In this document: positions 54,678 to 64,000 of the stretch, in pieces
Position numbering within the stretch: the stretch's first letter is position 1
Layout of the letters: every line of letters begins with the position of its first letter
Origin: a virus
Strand: one strand, 5' to 3'
DNA: 64,000 nucleotides
IMG/VR virus record: IMGVR_UViG_3300042390_000257
Coordinates: 2,477-66,476 of that record
Program-made: the position numbers and the translations under genes
The notes under the pieces: model-generated
What the model was told of the DNA's origin: nothing
Databases searched by the model: none
The model's input: only the letters and a program-made list of their open reading frames with translations

Positions 54678-56170
54678 GCGTAACGGATGAACCAGCGAAC
54701 TCGGAGGCTATTAGAGAGAACGCTAATTGTGGGGTTAACAGAACCACGATTAGCAATGACCAAAGCAGGGTTACCAATAGCCGTTGAAACCGTGGGTGAG
54801 GATGGTCCATTTGTATTTGCTGTTAATCCGCCACTGTTATTTTGAGTTGAACTAGCACCAATGTTGGAACCAGTTGACAAAGTTCCTGAACCACTCGTGG
54901 TCACATATGTAGCGGGAGGTCCCGTAAATGGTTGAGCGCCGTTGTCGTCAACACCAATACCTGAACCAGACCCAGGGGGGCAAACAAAACCACTATTGTA
55001 GTCATTGCGACGCCTAATAAATCGGAATCCCGCACCTGGTAACTGGAAGTCCTGGTATGCGCCGTGCACATGGTCTGGTACCCCATGGGCGTGGCTGGCG
55101 GTGTCATGGTAGTGACCATTAATACCGTGGTTGTGGGCGTCTACTGTATGTGAGTGATTAAGCCCACCGAGTGTCCCTGCCACTGTTCCAATTGTTGCTG
55201 TGCCCGTGTGGTTGTGCTCAGGTAGTTTGCTTGCATCAAGAGTTGCAGTGCTATTTCCCGTTGTGCGGGATGAGGTAATTGAAGCACCAAGGGCACCCAC
55301 AACTCCCATGTCACCAACTAAGTTGGGTAGATAGAAGTTACCGCTGGTCGGGTAGATACCGTTGGCTGGGTTAGGGAACGAGTAACCAATGGCGCTAAAT
55401 AGACTTGCATAGGTAGTCGTAGAGAGTCCCTGACCATTACATTCAAGGTAATAGGCTGAGTTAGGTGATGCTGCTGTAGCGGCGGTACCAGCAAAGGCGA
55501 ACATGCCACCAATCGGGATTTTGGCCTGCTCAACATCTGTTGATTCACCCATTTTGATCCAGACAGATGTCATGCGAATGTAAGCATCATCACCATAAAT
55601 GACCATGTCACCAATGACATCCTTAGATGTTGCGGTTGGGATAGAAGCCGCAGTATAAGTAATGGGGCGAGCATCAATAATGCGCTTATCCGTAATGTTC
55701 CCCAGGTTGGCACTGGTATCTAGAGGGGTGCTTGGGAGCAGATAAATAGATGCAATCAAAGCATCTGTGGTGGGGTTGTATGTGTTGGCTGTAGAGCCAC
55801 CACTTTCAACAACCGTGGTGCTCCGTGGGAGAGTCGGGTTAGTACCGTCAGCGGTACCAGTAATAAATGCTACGGATACAGAGCCTGAGGTAAGGCGAGC
55901 AACCACAAGGTCAAAGCGTGGTGAAGTGGAATCAGGGTTGTCAGTAACTGTTCTTTCTGGGAAGGTGTATGGGGTACCACCAATGACAGCAACACCAGTC
56001 GCAATTGTTACGGCGTTAGAAGCGGCAACAGTGATCACCCCACCGCTACGAATGTAGTTTGCGGAGTTTCCAAGGGACTCAAGATCAACCGAGTCAGGTT
56101 CGGCCTGATTGATGTTTAAGTATTTCTTCCCTGAACCCGTCGCAGTAGCGTTGGGGACGATCAGTGCCAT
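54674..56170 (-). CDS. Tail fibre-like protein with collar domain and HxH metal-binding repeats
   Basis: PIGG...YLECNGQ...YASLFSAIG...FYLPNL; LPEHNH, HSH, HNH, HYH, HAH, HVH. Confidence 0.85.
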   Translation of the reverse strand: MALIVPNATATGSGKKYLNINQAEPDSVDLESLGNSANYIRSGGVITVAASNAVTIATGVAVIGGTPYTFPERTVTDNPDSTSPRFDLVVARLTSGSVSVAFITGTADGTNPTLPRSTTVVESGGSTANTYNPTTDALIASIYLLPSTPLDTSANLGNITDKRIIDARPITYTAASIPTATSKDVIGDMVIYGDDAYIRMTSVWIKMGESTDVEQAKIPIGGMFAFAGTAATAASPNSAYYLECNGQGLSTTTYASLFSAIGYSFPNPANGIYPTSGNFYLPNLVGDMGVVGALGASITSSRTTGNSTATLDASKLPEHNHTGTATIGTVAGTLGGLNHSHTVDAHNHGINGHYHDTASHAHGVPDHVHGAYQDFQLPGAGFRFIRRRNDYNSGFVCPPGSGSGIGVDDNGAQPFTGPPATYVTTSGSGTLSTGSNIGASSTQNNSGGLTANTNGPSSPTVSTAIGNPALVIANRGSVNPTISVLSNSLRVRWFIRYA

Positions 56171-56178
56171 TAGTTACC

Positions 56179-56448
56179 TCAAACGGTGTCGTAGATGTTG
56201 GAGTGACGCACGAGGTAGTCGTACAAGTCACGGGGGAGTTTGTAGCGCTTTCCGTCTACGAACTCAAAAGTAGTGCGACCCCAATACATCTTCCATGTGC
56301 CCTTAACACGAGCAACAACGAAGTTGTCATCAGAGTTACTTGCAGTGGCTGGCGCTACTGCCTTAGGTGTTTGTTCCAAGACTTCCACTGCTTCATCAAT
56401 GTCATCTTGTTGTTCTGCAAAAGCCATCGTATTTTTACGCGATGTCAT
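56179..56448 (-). CDS. Small capsid-associated hypothetical protein
   Basis: 89 aa directly after the major capsid gene; AGGAG SD. Confidence 0.7.
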   Translation of the reverse strand: MTSRKNTMAFAEQQDDIDEAVEVLEQTPKAVAPATASNSDDNFVVARVKGTWKMYWGRTTFEFVDGKRYKLPRDLYDYLVRHSNIYDTV

Positions 56449-56484
56449 GGGTTTCTCCTATTGTTTGTTTTATGAAATTATTAA

Positions 56485-56508
56485 TGGTGGGGGATTTCTC
56501 CCCCACCA
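56485..56508 (-). terminator. Hairpin terminator after the major capsid gene
   Basis: TGGTGGGGGA-GAAA-TCCCCCACCA followed by an AT-rich run on the - strand. Confidence 0.7.
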
Positions 56509-56532
56509 CCAACACTAGATTGATTCTAAGAA

Positions 56533-57642
56533 TCAGGAAATTGAACCACCGAGGGTGTTGATAACAACGCGGGATTCGTGAGTAATAACTCCGAAGCCCC
56601 AAATTGCGTACCAAGCCAAGCCGTGTTCACGACCGAAGTCAATGACACCACCGTCACGGAGTTCCACTGGCAATGCAATGGCGTGACCAAATGCGTTGTC
56701 ACCGATCATGATGGCGTTGTAAGCGTCAGCGTTCTCTTGGAAGCCCGCCGAAGCGTTGCTGTCAAGGGTTGCGCCAAGTTCGTACAACGGGGCGCCAGAC
56801 GCAGTTGCGTCCAAGCCCTTCTTGACCTGTGTGGTTTCAATGAACACGACATCGTAGATACGACCGATTTCACCGAGCATGAAGTTGCCAGGTGCGGCGT
56901 ACTTCGTGACTTCAATGAATTCGGGCCAGTCGCGGAGCGAACGAGCCTGTGCGGGGTGAACGAAACAGACATAGGTGTCGCCCAAACGCGGGATGTTCTG
57001 ACCAGCAAGAACTTCAACTGCGTCCTTGATGGAAGCAGGCGAGAGGTAGCCAGGTGCAGAAGCCGAGCCGAGGGTACCAGCGTCGTACGGGCTGAGTGCG
57101 CCACGAGCCGAAGCGGCGGTGCGACCGAAGACAACTGACGGAGCGACAGCAGAGCCGCCACCGAAAGGAACGCCAGCCTTGTACAGCGTGTTACGGGCCT
57201 GGATGTCCATGCTCTGTGCCATGTGGCGACCGAGCAAGCGTGAAGACGAAGCCATGACATCGTCAAATGCCGCATTGAGCAAGAGTTCCGTAACGGCAAC
57301 TGCTTGACCATGTTCGGTCACGGTGATCTGAATCTGGCTTGCTGACAAAGAAACAGGCTCCATACGCACACCTTCGGTGAGCGTGGCGCCTGCTGATTCG
57401 TCAACGCTGAGGTTGTTGTATCGCATAAAGTTGATGGTCAAACCAGGCTGAACGCCCAATTCGGTCTTCTTTACTGCGAACTGCTCAAAGCGCAGAACTG
57501 GCATGGCTTGGAACAAGATTTCCTTGGACCAAATTTGTTGAATTGCGGGTGAAAGAGTTGCGTCACTGGAATAACCGGTCGTGGTAATTGAACCAAGACC
57601 TGCTCCGGTAATCGCACCTCCTACTGGGGCGGGAAGGGCCAT
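56533..57642 (-). CDS. Major capsid protein (N4-gp56 family)
   Basis: GLTINFMRY, LTEGV, YVCFVHP, GEIGRIYDVVFIET, DFGREHGLAWY. Confidence 0.93.
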   Translation of the reverse strand: MALPAPVGGAITGAGLGSITTTGYSSDATLSPAIQQIWSKEILFQAMPVLRFEQFAVKKTELGVQPGLTINFMRYNNLSVDESAGATLTEGVRMEPVSLSASQIQITVTEHGQAVAVTELLLNAAFDDVMASSSRLLGRHMAQSMDIQARNTLYKAGVPFGGGSAVAPSVVFGRTAASARGALSPYDAGTLGSASAPGYLSPASIKDAVEVLAGQNIPRLGDTYVCFVHPAQARSLRDWPEFIEVTKYAAPGNFMLGEIGRIYDVVFIETTQVKKGLDATASGAPLYELGATLDSNASAGFQENADAYNAIMIGDNAFGHAIALPVELRDGGVIDFGREHGLAWYAIWGFGVITHESRVVINTLGGSIS

Positions 57643-57685
57643 TTTAATATCCTCCGTGGATAGTTAGTTGTTGGGTTATTTGGTT

Positions 57686-58471
57686 TTAGAAACGGCCTCG
57701 GGAGTTCCGAGTCGCTTGCATGAGCCGTTCGCGCATTTTCGTGTACTGATCCATCGGCATATTACGGATATCATCCGCAGACATCGTTTGGTATTCCTGT
57801 TGGTTGTCCATTGGCCCAGTCGGGGGCGCAGTTACCTGCGGTCCCCGCAGACGACCACTTTGTGAGGTCGCCTGTTGGATTGATTCAATTATAGCACTAC
57901 TACGCTCACGAAGTACTGCAATACTGTTTTCAATATCTTCTTCACTATTACCCGCAATGAGGTCAATCAATTCCGGGATAATTGTTTCTTGCTCTTCCGT
58001 CAAACGACGCTGACGATAAGACTCAATTTGCTGGATGCGGCGTTCTTTTTCAAGAAGCGCTTCCTGCACCTGGCGCTGTTGTTCCATGTCTTCAAACTTG
58101 GAACGCCATTCCTGCTCAACCTGGTTAATGCGTTGGTTGAACTCATCTTCGCGCTTAGAGAGAAGTTCCTTTGCGCTGAGTTCCTGAATCTCACGCTGGC
58201 GGAGGATTTCAGACTCAGACTTGGCGCGCTCATCGGCTTCTTTGCGAGCGGCTTCGCGCTCCTGAGCGATGATACCCAATTGCTCCTCAAGGGTCTTGAC
58301 ACGACTGTCAGCGTCTTCAACGCGTCGGTACAACTTGTCCTTCTCCTGACGGCGAATTGCTTCAACCTCAGTCTCAGAGAACACGCGACCCTCAGTCTTG
58401 GGGGCTTGCTGTTCTTGGGGTGTGCTTTCAACGGGGATCATAATCCCGTCACCATTAAAGGCGTTACTCAT
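57686..58471 (-). CDS. Capsid scaffolding protein
   Basis: Coiled-coil E/Q/R-rich; C-terminal MSADDIRNMPMDQY; between portal and capsid genes. Confidence 0.85.
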   Translation of the reverse strand: MSNAFNGDGIMIPVESTPQEQQAPKTEGRVFSETEVEAIRRQEKDKLYRRVEDADSRVKTLEEQLGIIAQEREAARKEADERAKSESEILRQREIQELSAKELLSKREDEFNQRINQVEQEWRSKFEDMEQQRQVQEALLEKERRIQQIESYRQRRLTEEQETIIPELIDLIAGNSEEDIENSIAVLRERSSAIIESIQQATSQSGRLRGPQVTAPPTGPMDNQQEYQTMSADDIRNMPMDQYTKMRERLMQATRNSRGRF

Positions 58472-58524
58472 TTTCCTTACCTCTTTGTTGTTGGGCTTTT
58501 ATTAGCAGTTGTTAAATAACGGTT

Positions 58525-60198
58525 TTATTCTTCGTTGGGCACACGACGCTGGGCAAGCCTTGCTCCGTATGCTCGTTGGATTATGTTGTTAACCATCTGT
58601 CCTTCGGCGTCACCGATGCCTCCCATAGGGGCACCTGCTTGTCCTTCGGCTGTATTTTCATCACCAGATACTACACTATTCTCCCCGTCTTGTCCGGGGA
58701 AAATACCAGTAGTAATCATTACTGCCTGTTGTATTTGAGCGCGCACCATATCTAGTGCACCTTGGTCCAATGCGTCGTCACGCAATTCCTCAAAGATTTC
58801 AAGCAATTTCTCTCGTGGGAACTCTTCACCAAGAGCGCGCAATGCGCCTTCCTTGGATTCTAAACCAAGAGCCATCTTGGCTTGAACTTCGTTAAGTTTG
58901 ATAAGAACATCAACGGGTAACGGTTCAGGCCAGTGGACTTGGGTTTGGTAGGTAACGGGGTCGGCGGGGTCAAGTTCATACGCCTGGTCAGGCTCGGGCA
59001 TTGCCCCAAGACCCGGGTTGTACTGGAGCATCTGTGGTTCAAAGACAGCCGCAGTACGGATGATTACTTCATTGATTTTTTCTAGACCCTTAGTGAAGTG
59101 AATCTTCTTTTGGTTGTATTTATTCATCATTGGCTGGTATTGGATAGCCAATGCCACGCCTGATGTATTAGAGACTGGTTGGAACTGACCTAAGGCTGTT
59201 TCAGGTACGCCAGTAATTTCATGCATGGCGCGCTTAATGAACTGAATGTATTCCAGTGCACCAGCCATGTTTCCGCTGGATTCAAGGTTGAATACATTGG
59301 CTTCCTTAGGAAGACCAGCCCAGACCTTCTTAGGTCCGCGCTCCAACTGGCTTGCCTTAGCGCCAGTGATGATAGTGACTGGGGCGGCGTGGTAGTTAAT
59401 AATGTCCGATACTTCGGTCATCTTTTCATTCAGTTCGCGGTTTAGCGAGATAATGTCCCAAATGTCTGACTGACCCCACGGTGATGACGAGATAGTCATG
59501 TTAGGAATATGGACAATCGGGATAACACCAATTGCATTGTCGTACTGATCAATCAACTCATCATTGATGTACTGCTCCACAGAATCCTCAGTCAGGATTT
59601 CGGTGAAGGTGTACACCTGACGGGTTCCCTCAGGACTGGTGCCCCAAAAGCGGTACTTCAACTTGAACCGCAGGATGCGATCACGGTCGTGTGGGTGATA
59701 CTCGGGGAAACAATGCGCTGGGTTCAGCGGGATAATACGGATACGACCAGCATGTGTGATACCAGCAGAGTCAATAAATGGCTCTTCGTAAGCGACCTTG
59801 ACAAAGCAGTCACCAGTTACTCCAGCCAACTGACCCATTTCCCATAAGACATAGTGCTTAGAGTTATGTTGTTCCCATACTGTTTGGAGCAAATGCGGAA
59901 TGATGGCTGCGTTCTGTTCTGGAGTTTTGAACTGGATACCCTTACCAAAGCAGAAGTTAGTGATGTAGTCCGACATGGTACGGACATAGTTCATTGTGAT
60001 GTTCTGTTCGCCCATCTCACGGCGGTACGACCAGTGGTGACCCAGATACCATGCCCAGCACGATGAATAGCGGTTTAGGCGCGGTCCATGTACCTCAAAT
60101 TCCTCATCGGCTAATTCCACCAAGCCCAAAGGCGAGATAGAAACCGTGAGGTCACTAGATGAGGCTCTATAAGATGGTGACCAAAAGTCAACGGGCAT
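58525..60198 (-). CDS. Portal protein (SPP1 gp6-like)
   Basis: 557 aa; TGD.FVK, IPIVHIPN...WGQSD, SGVAL; position. Confidence 0.88.
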   Translation of the reverse strand: MPVDFWSPSYRASSSDLTVSISPLGLVELADEEFEVHGPRLNRYSSCWAWYLGHHWSYRREMGEQNITMNYVRTMSDYITNFCFGKGIQFKTPEQNAAIIPHLLQTVWEQHNSKHYVLWEMGQLAGVTGDCFVKVAYEEPFIDSAGITHAGRIRIIPLNPAHCFPEYHPHDRDRILRFKLKYRFWGTSPEGTRQVYTFTEILTEDSVEQYINDELIDQYDNAIGVIPIVHIPNMTISSSPWGQSDIWDIISLNRELNEKMTEVSDIINYHAAPVTIITGAKASQLERGPKKVWAGLPKEANVFNLESSGNMAGALEYIQFIKRAMHEITGVPETALGQFQPVSNTSGVALAIQYQPMMNKYNQKKIHFTKGLEKINEVIIRTAAVFEPQMLQYNPGLGAMPEPDQAYELDPADPVTYQTQVHWPEPLPVDVLIKLNEVQAKMALGLESKEGALRALGEEFPREKLLEIFEELRDDALDQGALDMVRAQIQQAVMITTGIFPGQDGENSVVSGDENTAEGQAGAPMGGIGDAEGQMVNNIIQRAYGARLAQRRVPNEE

Positions 60199-60241
60199 CG
60201 GGGTTAATCCTTAAGTTTCGTGTTTTTACTACACATAAATA

Positions 60242-60541
60242 TTAACTGTCCCCTGACTTCTTTACTTTTACAGGAGTAATAGACCTAATCATACCACGAG
60301 GAATGTGCATAGGATTTGAACAAATAAGGATACCATCATCGTCATAATAGTAAGACGAGTACAAGGTCAGGTACTTATCCGCATGTTCATCTATAACCCA
60401 ACCAATAGTAATGGGATCAATAATGCGTGGTTCGTATTTGGCTGGATCAATCCAACCACCAGGACCATCAAAGGCATCATCCCAAATAACAACAACTGCT
60501 TTGAGGTTTTCCTTATCAGTCATACGACCCCCACTAATCAT
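60242..60541 (-). CDS. Small hypothetical protein (V.W.DA...G....IP.G.I type)
   Basis: VVIWDDA, TIGW, IPRGMI. Confidence 0.7.
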   Translation of the reverse strand: MISGGRMTDKENLKAVVVIWDDAFDGPGGWIDPAKYEPRIIDPITIGWVIDEHADKYLTLYSSYYYDDDGILICSNPMHIPRGMIRSITPVKVKKSGDS

Positions 60542-61683
60542 TCCGGAGAGTAAACCTTACCACGGAAAAAAGCGGTCTTATTATGGATAGGTATCTGTTC
60601 ATACCAAAAGGCACCTTCGCCATCCTCATAGGAAACCACGGCTAGACCCTGTTGCCAGTCCTCCACAATGGTCATGGGGCGACCATCCAGGTCAATACCA
60701 CCCTTAGTGCTGGGTACGGCACCGTCACAGCGGGCTAGTGTCCCTGGGGACGCCGCCATGATGGTCTTTGCCCCATCCCAGTCTTCTCGTGACCGTTCAG
60801 CCCATTCCCTACGGTGAATGTGCCCGTAGATGACGGATACCTTGCTGTCGTTGAGGTAGGCGTGGGCGGTTGAACCGTTAGACCTGACCTTGTTTCCGTG
60901 GATGACTTTGAGCCTTTGATTAATCCATACTTGCCCAGCAGGGTAGCCAGCCACATAATTAACCCCGTAATCATTGAAACGGCATAGATAAGGCACACTA
61001 AGGCAAGGCCAAGAGTCTGGAGTATTCCCCCGACGCAAGCCGAACGAAACCTTTGCATTGTCCAAGATGAAGTTGACAAGGCGTTCTTCATGGTTACCTG
61101 AAATCCAATCTATGACGGCTTCTGGAGCGGCGGCTCGTAACTCAGCGCACAGAGTAGTAGCGCGGTCAATAGACGCCTGAGTAGTAATTGCGTATGCTGG
61201 GCTGAGACGGTACTTGCCGAACTCAGGAAAGTCAAGGTTGTCACCGACCATGATGATTCGGTCAGGGCGCAACTTCTTGATAATCGCCATGGAGATAGAG
61301 AGAGCCTCTTCGTCATGGGTGGGTTCAAGGCTCCCGTCCGCATTTCGGTAGTAACCGATTTGCATGTCGGGGAGGATAACGGCTACTTTGTAACCCTCTG
61401 TATTACTTTGTATTACTTTGCGTACTGGAAGTTTGATTGAGGGTCCTGGTTGTACCACGGGCCACTCAGGTCCTTCAGCCCACTTGGGGTTGAATTGGAT
61501 ACCCATGAGGTCATGAACCTCAGCCTGACCAAGGTCATTCTTAGTGAGTGACTGGTAGAGGGATACGCGCTTGATTGATCCCACTTCTTCAACATCAATG
61601 TTATTACGGTTTAAAAGTTCCGCAATCTTTCCCAATGTTGCTTTTGCTGGGGGTGTTCCTAGATCATCACTAAGGCTTGCCAC
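60538..61683 (-). CDS. Calcineurin-like metallophosphoesterase
   Basis: LPDMQ, GDNLD, GNHE, HG, GHIHR, DWQQG. Confidence 0.9.
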   Translation of the reverse strand: MASLSDDLGTPPAKATLGKIAELLNRNNIDVEEVGSIKRVSLYQSLTKNDLGQAEVHDLMGIQFNPKWAEGPEWPVVQPGPSIKLPVRKVIQSNTEGYKVAVILPDMQIGYYRNADGSLEPTHDEEALSISMAIIKKLRPDRIIMVGDNLDFPEFGKYRLSPAYAITTQASIDRATTLCAELRAAAPEAVIDWISGNHEERLVNFILDNAKVSFGLRRGNTPDSWPCLSVPYLCRFNDYGVNYVAGYPAGQVWINQRLKVIHGNKVRSNGSTAHAYLNDSKVSVIYGHIHRREWAERSREDWDGAKTIMAASPGTLARCDGAVPSTKGGIDLDGRPMTIVEDWQQGLAVVSYEDGEGAFWYEQIPIHNKTAFFRGKVYSPE

Positions 61684-61936
61684 AACTGCACTTCCCCTTT
61701 ATATGTCGTTCTATGGTGCTTCGGCTAATTTGATGTCCGTGCTTAACTAGCACATTCGCTAACCACATAGAAGAATATACCTTAGACCTACCCTTACCGG
61801 GGTCAGTCATAATTCTTTCTAATGCGGTATTTAGTGCGGTTAGTTCATCTCCGTGAAGTTCGTCCCTGAGAGTGGCAATACCACACCCCCAATTAATTGG
61901 ACCACGCGAGAGCAATTCATTACTTAACTCGCTCAA
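61670..61936 (-). CDS. Small HTH/Zn hypothetical protein
   Basis: AAGGAG before TTG 61936; ends ISRSTIERHIKGKCSC. Confidence 0.7.
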   Translation of the reverse strand: MSELSNELLSRGPINWGCGIATLRDELHGDELTALNTALERIMTDPGKGRSKVYSSMWLANVLVKHGHQISRSTIERHIKGKCSCGKP

Positions 61937-62078
61937 CTTTCTGCTCCTTATTGTGTGACATTTTCTGGATTCCTCCAAGAACTGATATCAACCGTAGCAC
62001 CTCTTGCTCCTCTGTGTGACCACGAGGCGCAAGTCTCGTAAGATATTGTGTAATTAATGCGGCATCTGACGGGCGCAT
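61920..62078 (-). CDS. 52-aa hypothetical protein (not in ORF track)
   Basis: MRPSDAALITQYLTRLAPRGHTEEQEVLRLISVLGGIQKMSHNKEQKVERVK*; AAGGAG SD. Confidence 0.55.
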   Translation of the reverse strand: MRPSDAALITQYLTRLAPRGHTEEQEVLRLISVLGGIQKMSHNKEQKVERVK

Positions 62079-62144
62079 ACTCTCTCCTTCTACTGGGAAG
62101 GAAAGGTTATCAGAGCCTAGAAAATGCTGTTATTGCGATAACAA

Positions 62145-63686
62145 TTAGAACAGGCTACCTTGTGTATATTTCTTAGGAGGAAGCGGCTTACCATCCTCAC
62201 CTGTTTGTCCTTCTAGATGGACACCCTTAGCACTAAGTTTCTCTGCATCTGTTTTGGTTTTTGTTTCCGCTTTAGCGGCTTTATCCCAAGTTCTTTGTTC
62301 TGCATTAAATGGGGCGTCTGCGCCCACATTTGCTCGCATCTGCGTCCATGCTATTTCTTGTGCCATACGAGCAGGCATATGAATTTGGTTACCAAATTGA
62401 TCAAAAGAAATAGGACCCATCGCTGCGGCGGCATCACGAGTTGCTTTATTTCCAAAAGCATGCCTAACACCAACGGGTGTTACCTGCACAGGTGTGTCTT
62501 TTACCCCTAATACTTCTTTTGTTAAGCGACTTGTGCTTGCAACAGCACCAGCATCAGTGACTACTCGCTTACCTACGGAAGACTTTCGTCCTTGACGATT
62601 TGTGTAGGTGCCAAGTTGCGATGTATCAACAGCCTGTTGCCATGTATCTTCTGCGGTGTCTGCATCGGGACTCAAAGATGGGTGAGGTGCTTCATCCTCT
62701 GACCCACGACCAAAGAGCATCATCCCCTGGTTTGGGTCACCATGTGCCCAATGGTGTGCAACATTTAAGTAATCTTGATGCGCTACAGAACCAGTTTCTC
62801 CAGCCTCAGCGGTTGAGGTTCCATATGACCAAGTTTTTGGCGTTGATGCTGGATCAAACCCAATAGTCATTGGTGATTGATTTCCTGAAACTACATCAGG
62901 ATGGCGCATCATTGCAATTGCTTCTGCAACATTGTCTTGGTGAGGGCGACCAGCAAGCACCAGTGCTTCATGATCAGTAGATGTCACTGATTTAGCAGTG
63001 GTGGAGTTTGCCCCTAAATGTTCACTAGCGGCTTGTTGAGCCGCCGAGGCAATTTGGTCAGGTCTAAGTGCAGACACTAGGTGGGGCTTTCCTACAGCCA
63101 CTCCTAATTTTGCTGCAAAACTAGGATCGTGTACTGTAATGGTGTGGTTTGCCGAACCTTTTGTTAGACGATGAATACCATGAAGTCCTGCAATTTCATC
63201 ATCAGGTGTTTTAGAAGCAGACAATTTTCCACCAATAGCGGCGGCAAGTACTGGGTCCATTTCCCCACCAGTAGCGGCGTACTGCCTACCTTTATGCTCA
63301 CTGTACCAACCAGCACCGCGAGGTAGTTCTCTCTGACCCGTAATGGTACTACGCATACGAGCATTATTCTTGGCTTGAGTAAGTAACTCAATCCGTGATT
63401 GAGTAGCACCAGCCAAGGTTATTGGCTTATCTACTACGGAGTCATCCGCCAACATATCTTCCATATTTCGGGCGGATAACTCGTATTTTTTACGACCCTG
63501 ATCATTCATAGTAGAAGTTTCAAGTCGTGAACGAATATCACCAATAGCGCCAGGGAGTGCCGACCTAATGTTTCCCAAAGAACCAATTGCGCTTTCAGAG
63601 GTATCTTGTTGTTCGCGTGTTAAATCTTCCCAAACTACGGGACGATCAATACCTGCCGCTCCGCGTCGTGATGCTCTCTCAGCCAT
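62145..63686 (-). CDS. Large hypothetical protein, possible DUF7178/HhH-like fold
   Basis: 513 aa; spaced motifs GAGWY, KLSA, PKTWSY, EDTWQ, MAQEIAWTQMR. Confidence 0.65.
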   Translation of the reverse strand: MAERASRRGAAGIDRPVVWEDLTREQQDTSESAIGSLGNIRSALPGAIGDIRSRLETSTMNDQGRKKYELSARNMEDMLADDSVVDKPITLAGATQSRIELLTQAKNNARMRSTITGQRELPRGAGWYSEHKGRQYAATGGEMDPVLAAAIGGKLSASKTPDDEIAGLHGIHRLTKGSANHTITVHDPSFAAKLGVAVGKPHLVSALRPDQIASAAQQAASEHLGANSTTAKSVTSTDHEALVLAGRPHQDNVAEAIAMMRHPDVVSGNQSPMTIGFDPASTPKTWSYGTSTAEAGETGSVAHQDYLNVAHHWAHGDPNQGMMLFGRGSEDEAPHPSLSPDADTAEDTWQQAVDTSQLGTYTNRQGRKSSVGKRVVTDAGAVASTSRLTKEVLGVKDTPVQVTPVGVRHAFGNKATRDAAAAMGPISFDQFGNQIHMPARMAQEIAWTQMRANVGADAPFNAEQRTWDKAAKAETKTKTDAEKLSAKGVHLEGQTGEDGKPLPPKKYTQGSLF

Positions 63687-63976
63687 TACAGAACCTTAAA
63701 CTTTCCTGGGGTGTATAGAGCATGACCAAACTGACCAGCAATATAAGAAGGCTTATTAGACTTATAGCGGTTGTAGGAAGTCACGCCCTTACGGCGCAAT
63801 TTATTAGAATCAAACTTCTGGCCTGGGTTAGTGATCGTAGACTTACCGTATTTACGGCCCTCTAGGTCTAACTTCTCAGACTTGAAGTTTTGCATCGGAT
63901 CAATAATGAATTCACCAATACCTGATGCATAGCGGGGCATATTTAATGACCGCTTACCACCCAAGGGGCTAGGCAC
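63686..63976 (-). CDS. Basic hypothetical protein
   Basis: 96-aa ORF; start uncertain. Confidence 0.6.
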   Translation of the reverse strand: MPSPLGGKRSLNMPRYASGIGEFIIDPMQNFKSEKLDLEGRKYGKSTITNPGQKFDSNKLRRKGVTSYNRYKSNKPSYIAGQFGHALYTPGKFKVL

Positions 63977-64000
63977 AAACGGGTTAGAGACCTTGGTGGC

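Noticed and set aside
54674-56170. Diversity-generating retroelement targeting the fibre
   Set aside because: No reverse transcriptase and no template/variable repeat pair seen

Overview
The whole window is part of a tailed dsDNA bacteriophage genome with a contractile tail. The host is probably an actinobacterium (inferred from two WhiB genes, an MSMEG_6728-type gene and a DUF6011-like gene). There are four blocks. (1) 1-13.5 kb, + strand: a GC-rich early/accessory arm of small ORFs plus an SNF2 helicase, a VWA/MoxR pair, a multi-HTH protein and a pyrimidine-dimer glycosylase-like gene. (2) 13.6-36 kb, - strand: whiB x2, a glycosyltransferase, a lytic transglycosylase, small low-complexity ORFs, spoVS, and recombination/replication genes (resolvases, Cas4-like nuclease, RecA, PolA, SSB, primase, DnaB, DnaC-like loader, and an initiator carrying an intragenic iteron origin). 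(3) 36.2-37.4 kb, + strand: a Dps island. (4) 37.5-64 kb, - strand: portal, scaffold, N4-gp56-type capsid, neck, sheath, tube, tape measure and baseplate genes. I found no terminase, integrase, tRNA or CRISPR. The most striking unexplained structure is a 17-bp palindrome, TGTCCCGA(G/C)TCGGGACA, in 8 copies. Seven punctuate the early arm at gene boundaries. Several have copy-specific co-varying extensions of the stem, followed by one of three classes of downstream motif and a conserved C/A-rich leader with AAGGAG. This looks like a hairpin/operator-delimited gene-cassette system. Other notable signals are the apparent absence of TCGA, AGCT and ACGT, a probable +1 frameshift in the tail chaperone, and a small protein family sharing an MDxQxxxPxR(K/R)TDRxxHxxR leader. 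All family assignments come from motif recognition by eye, not database searches.
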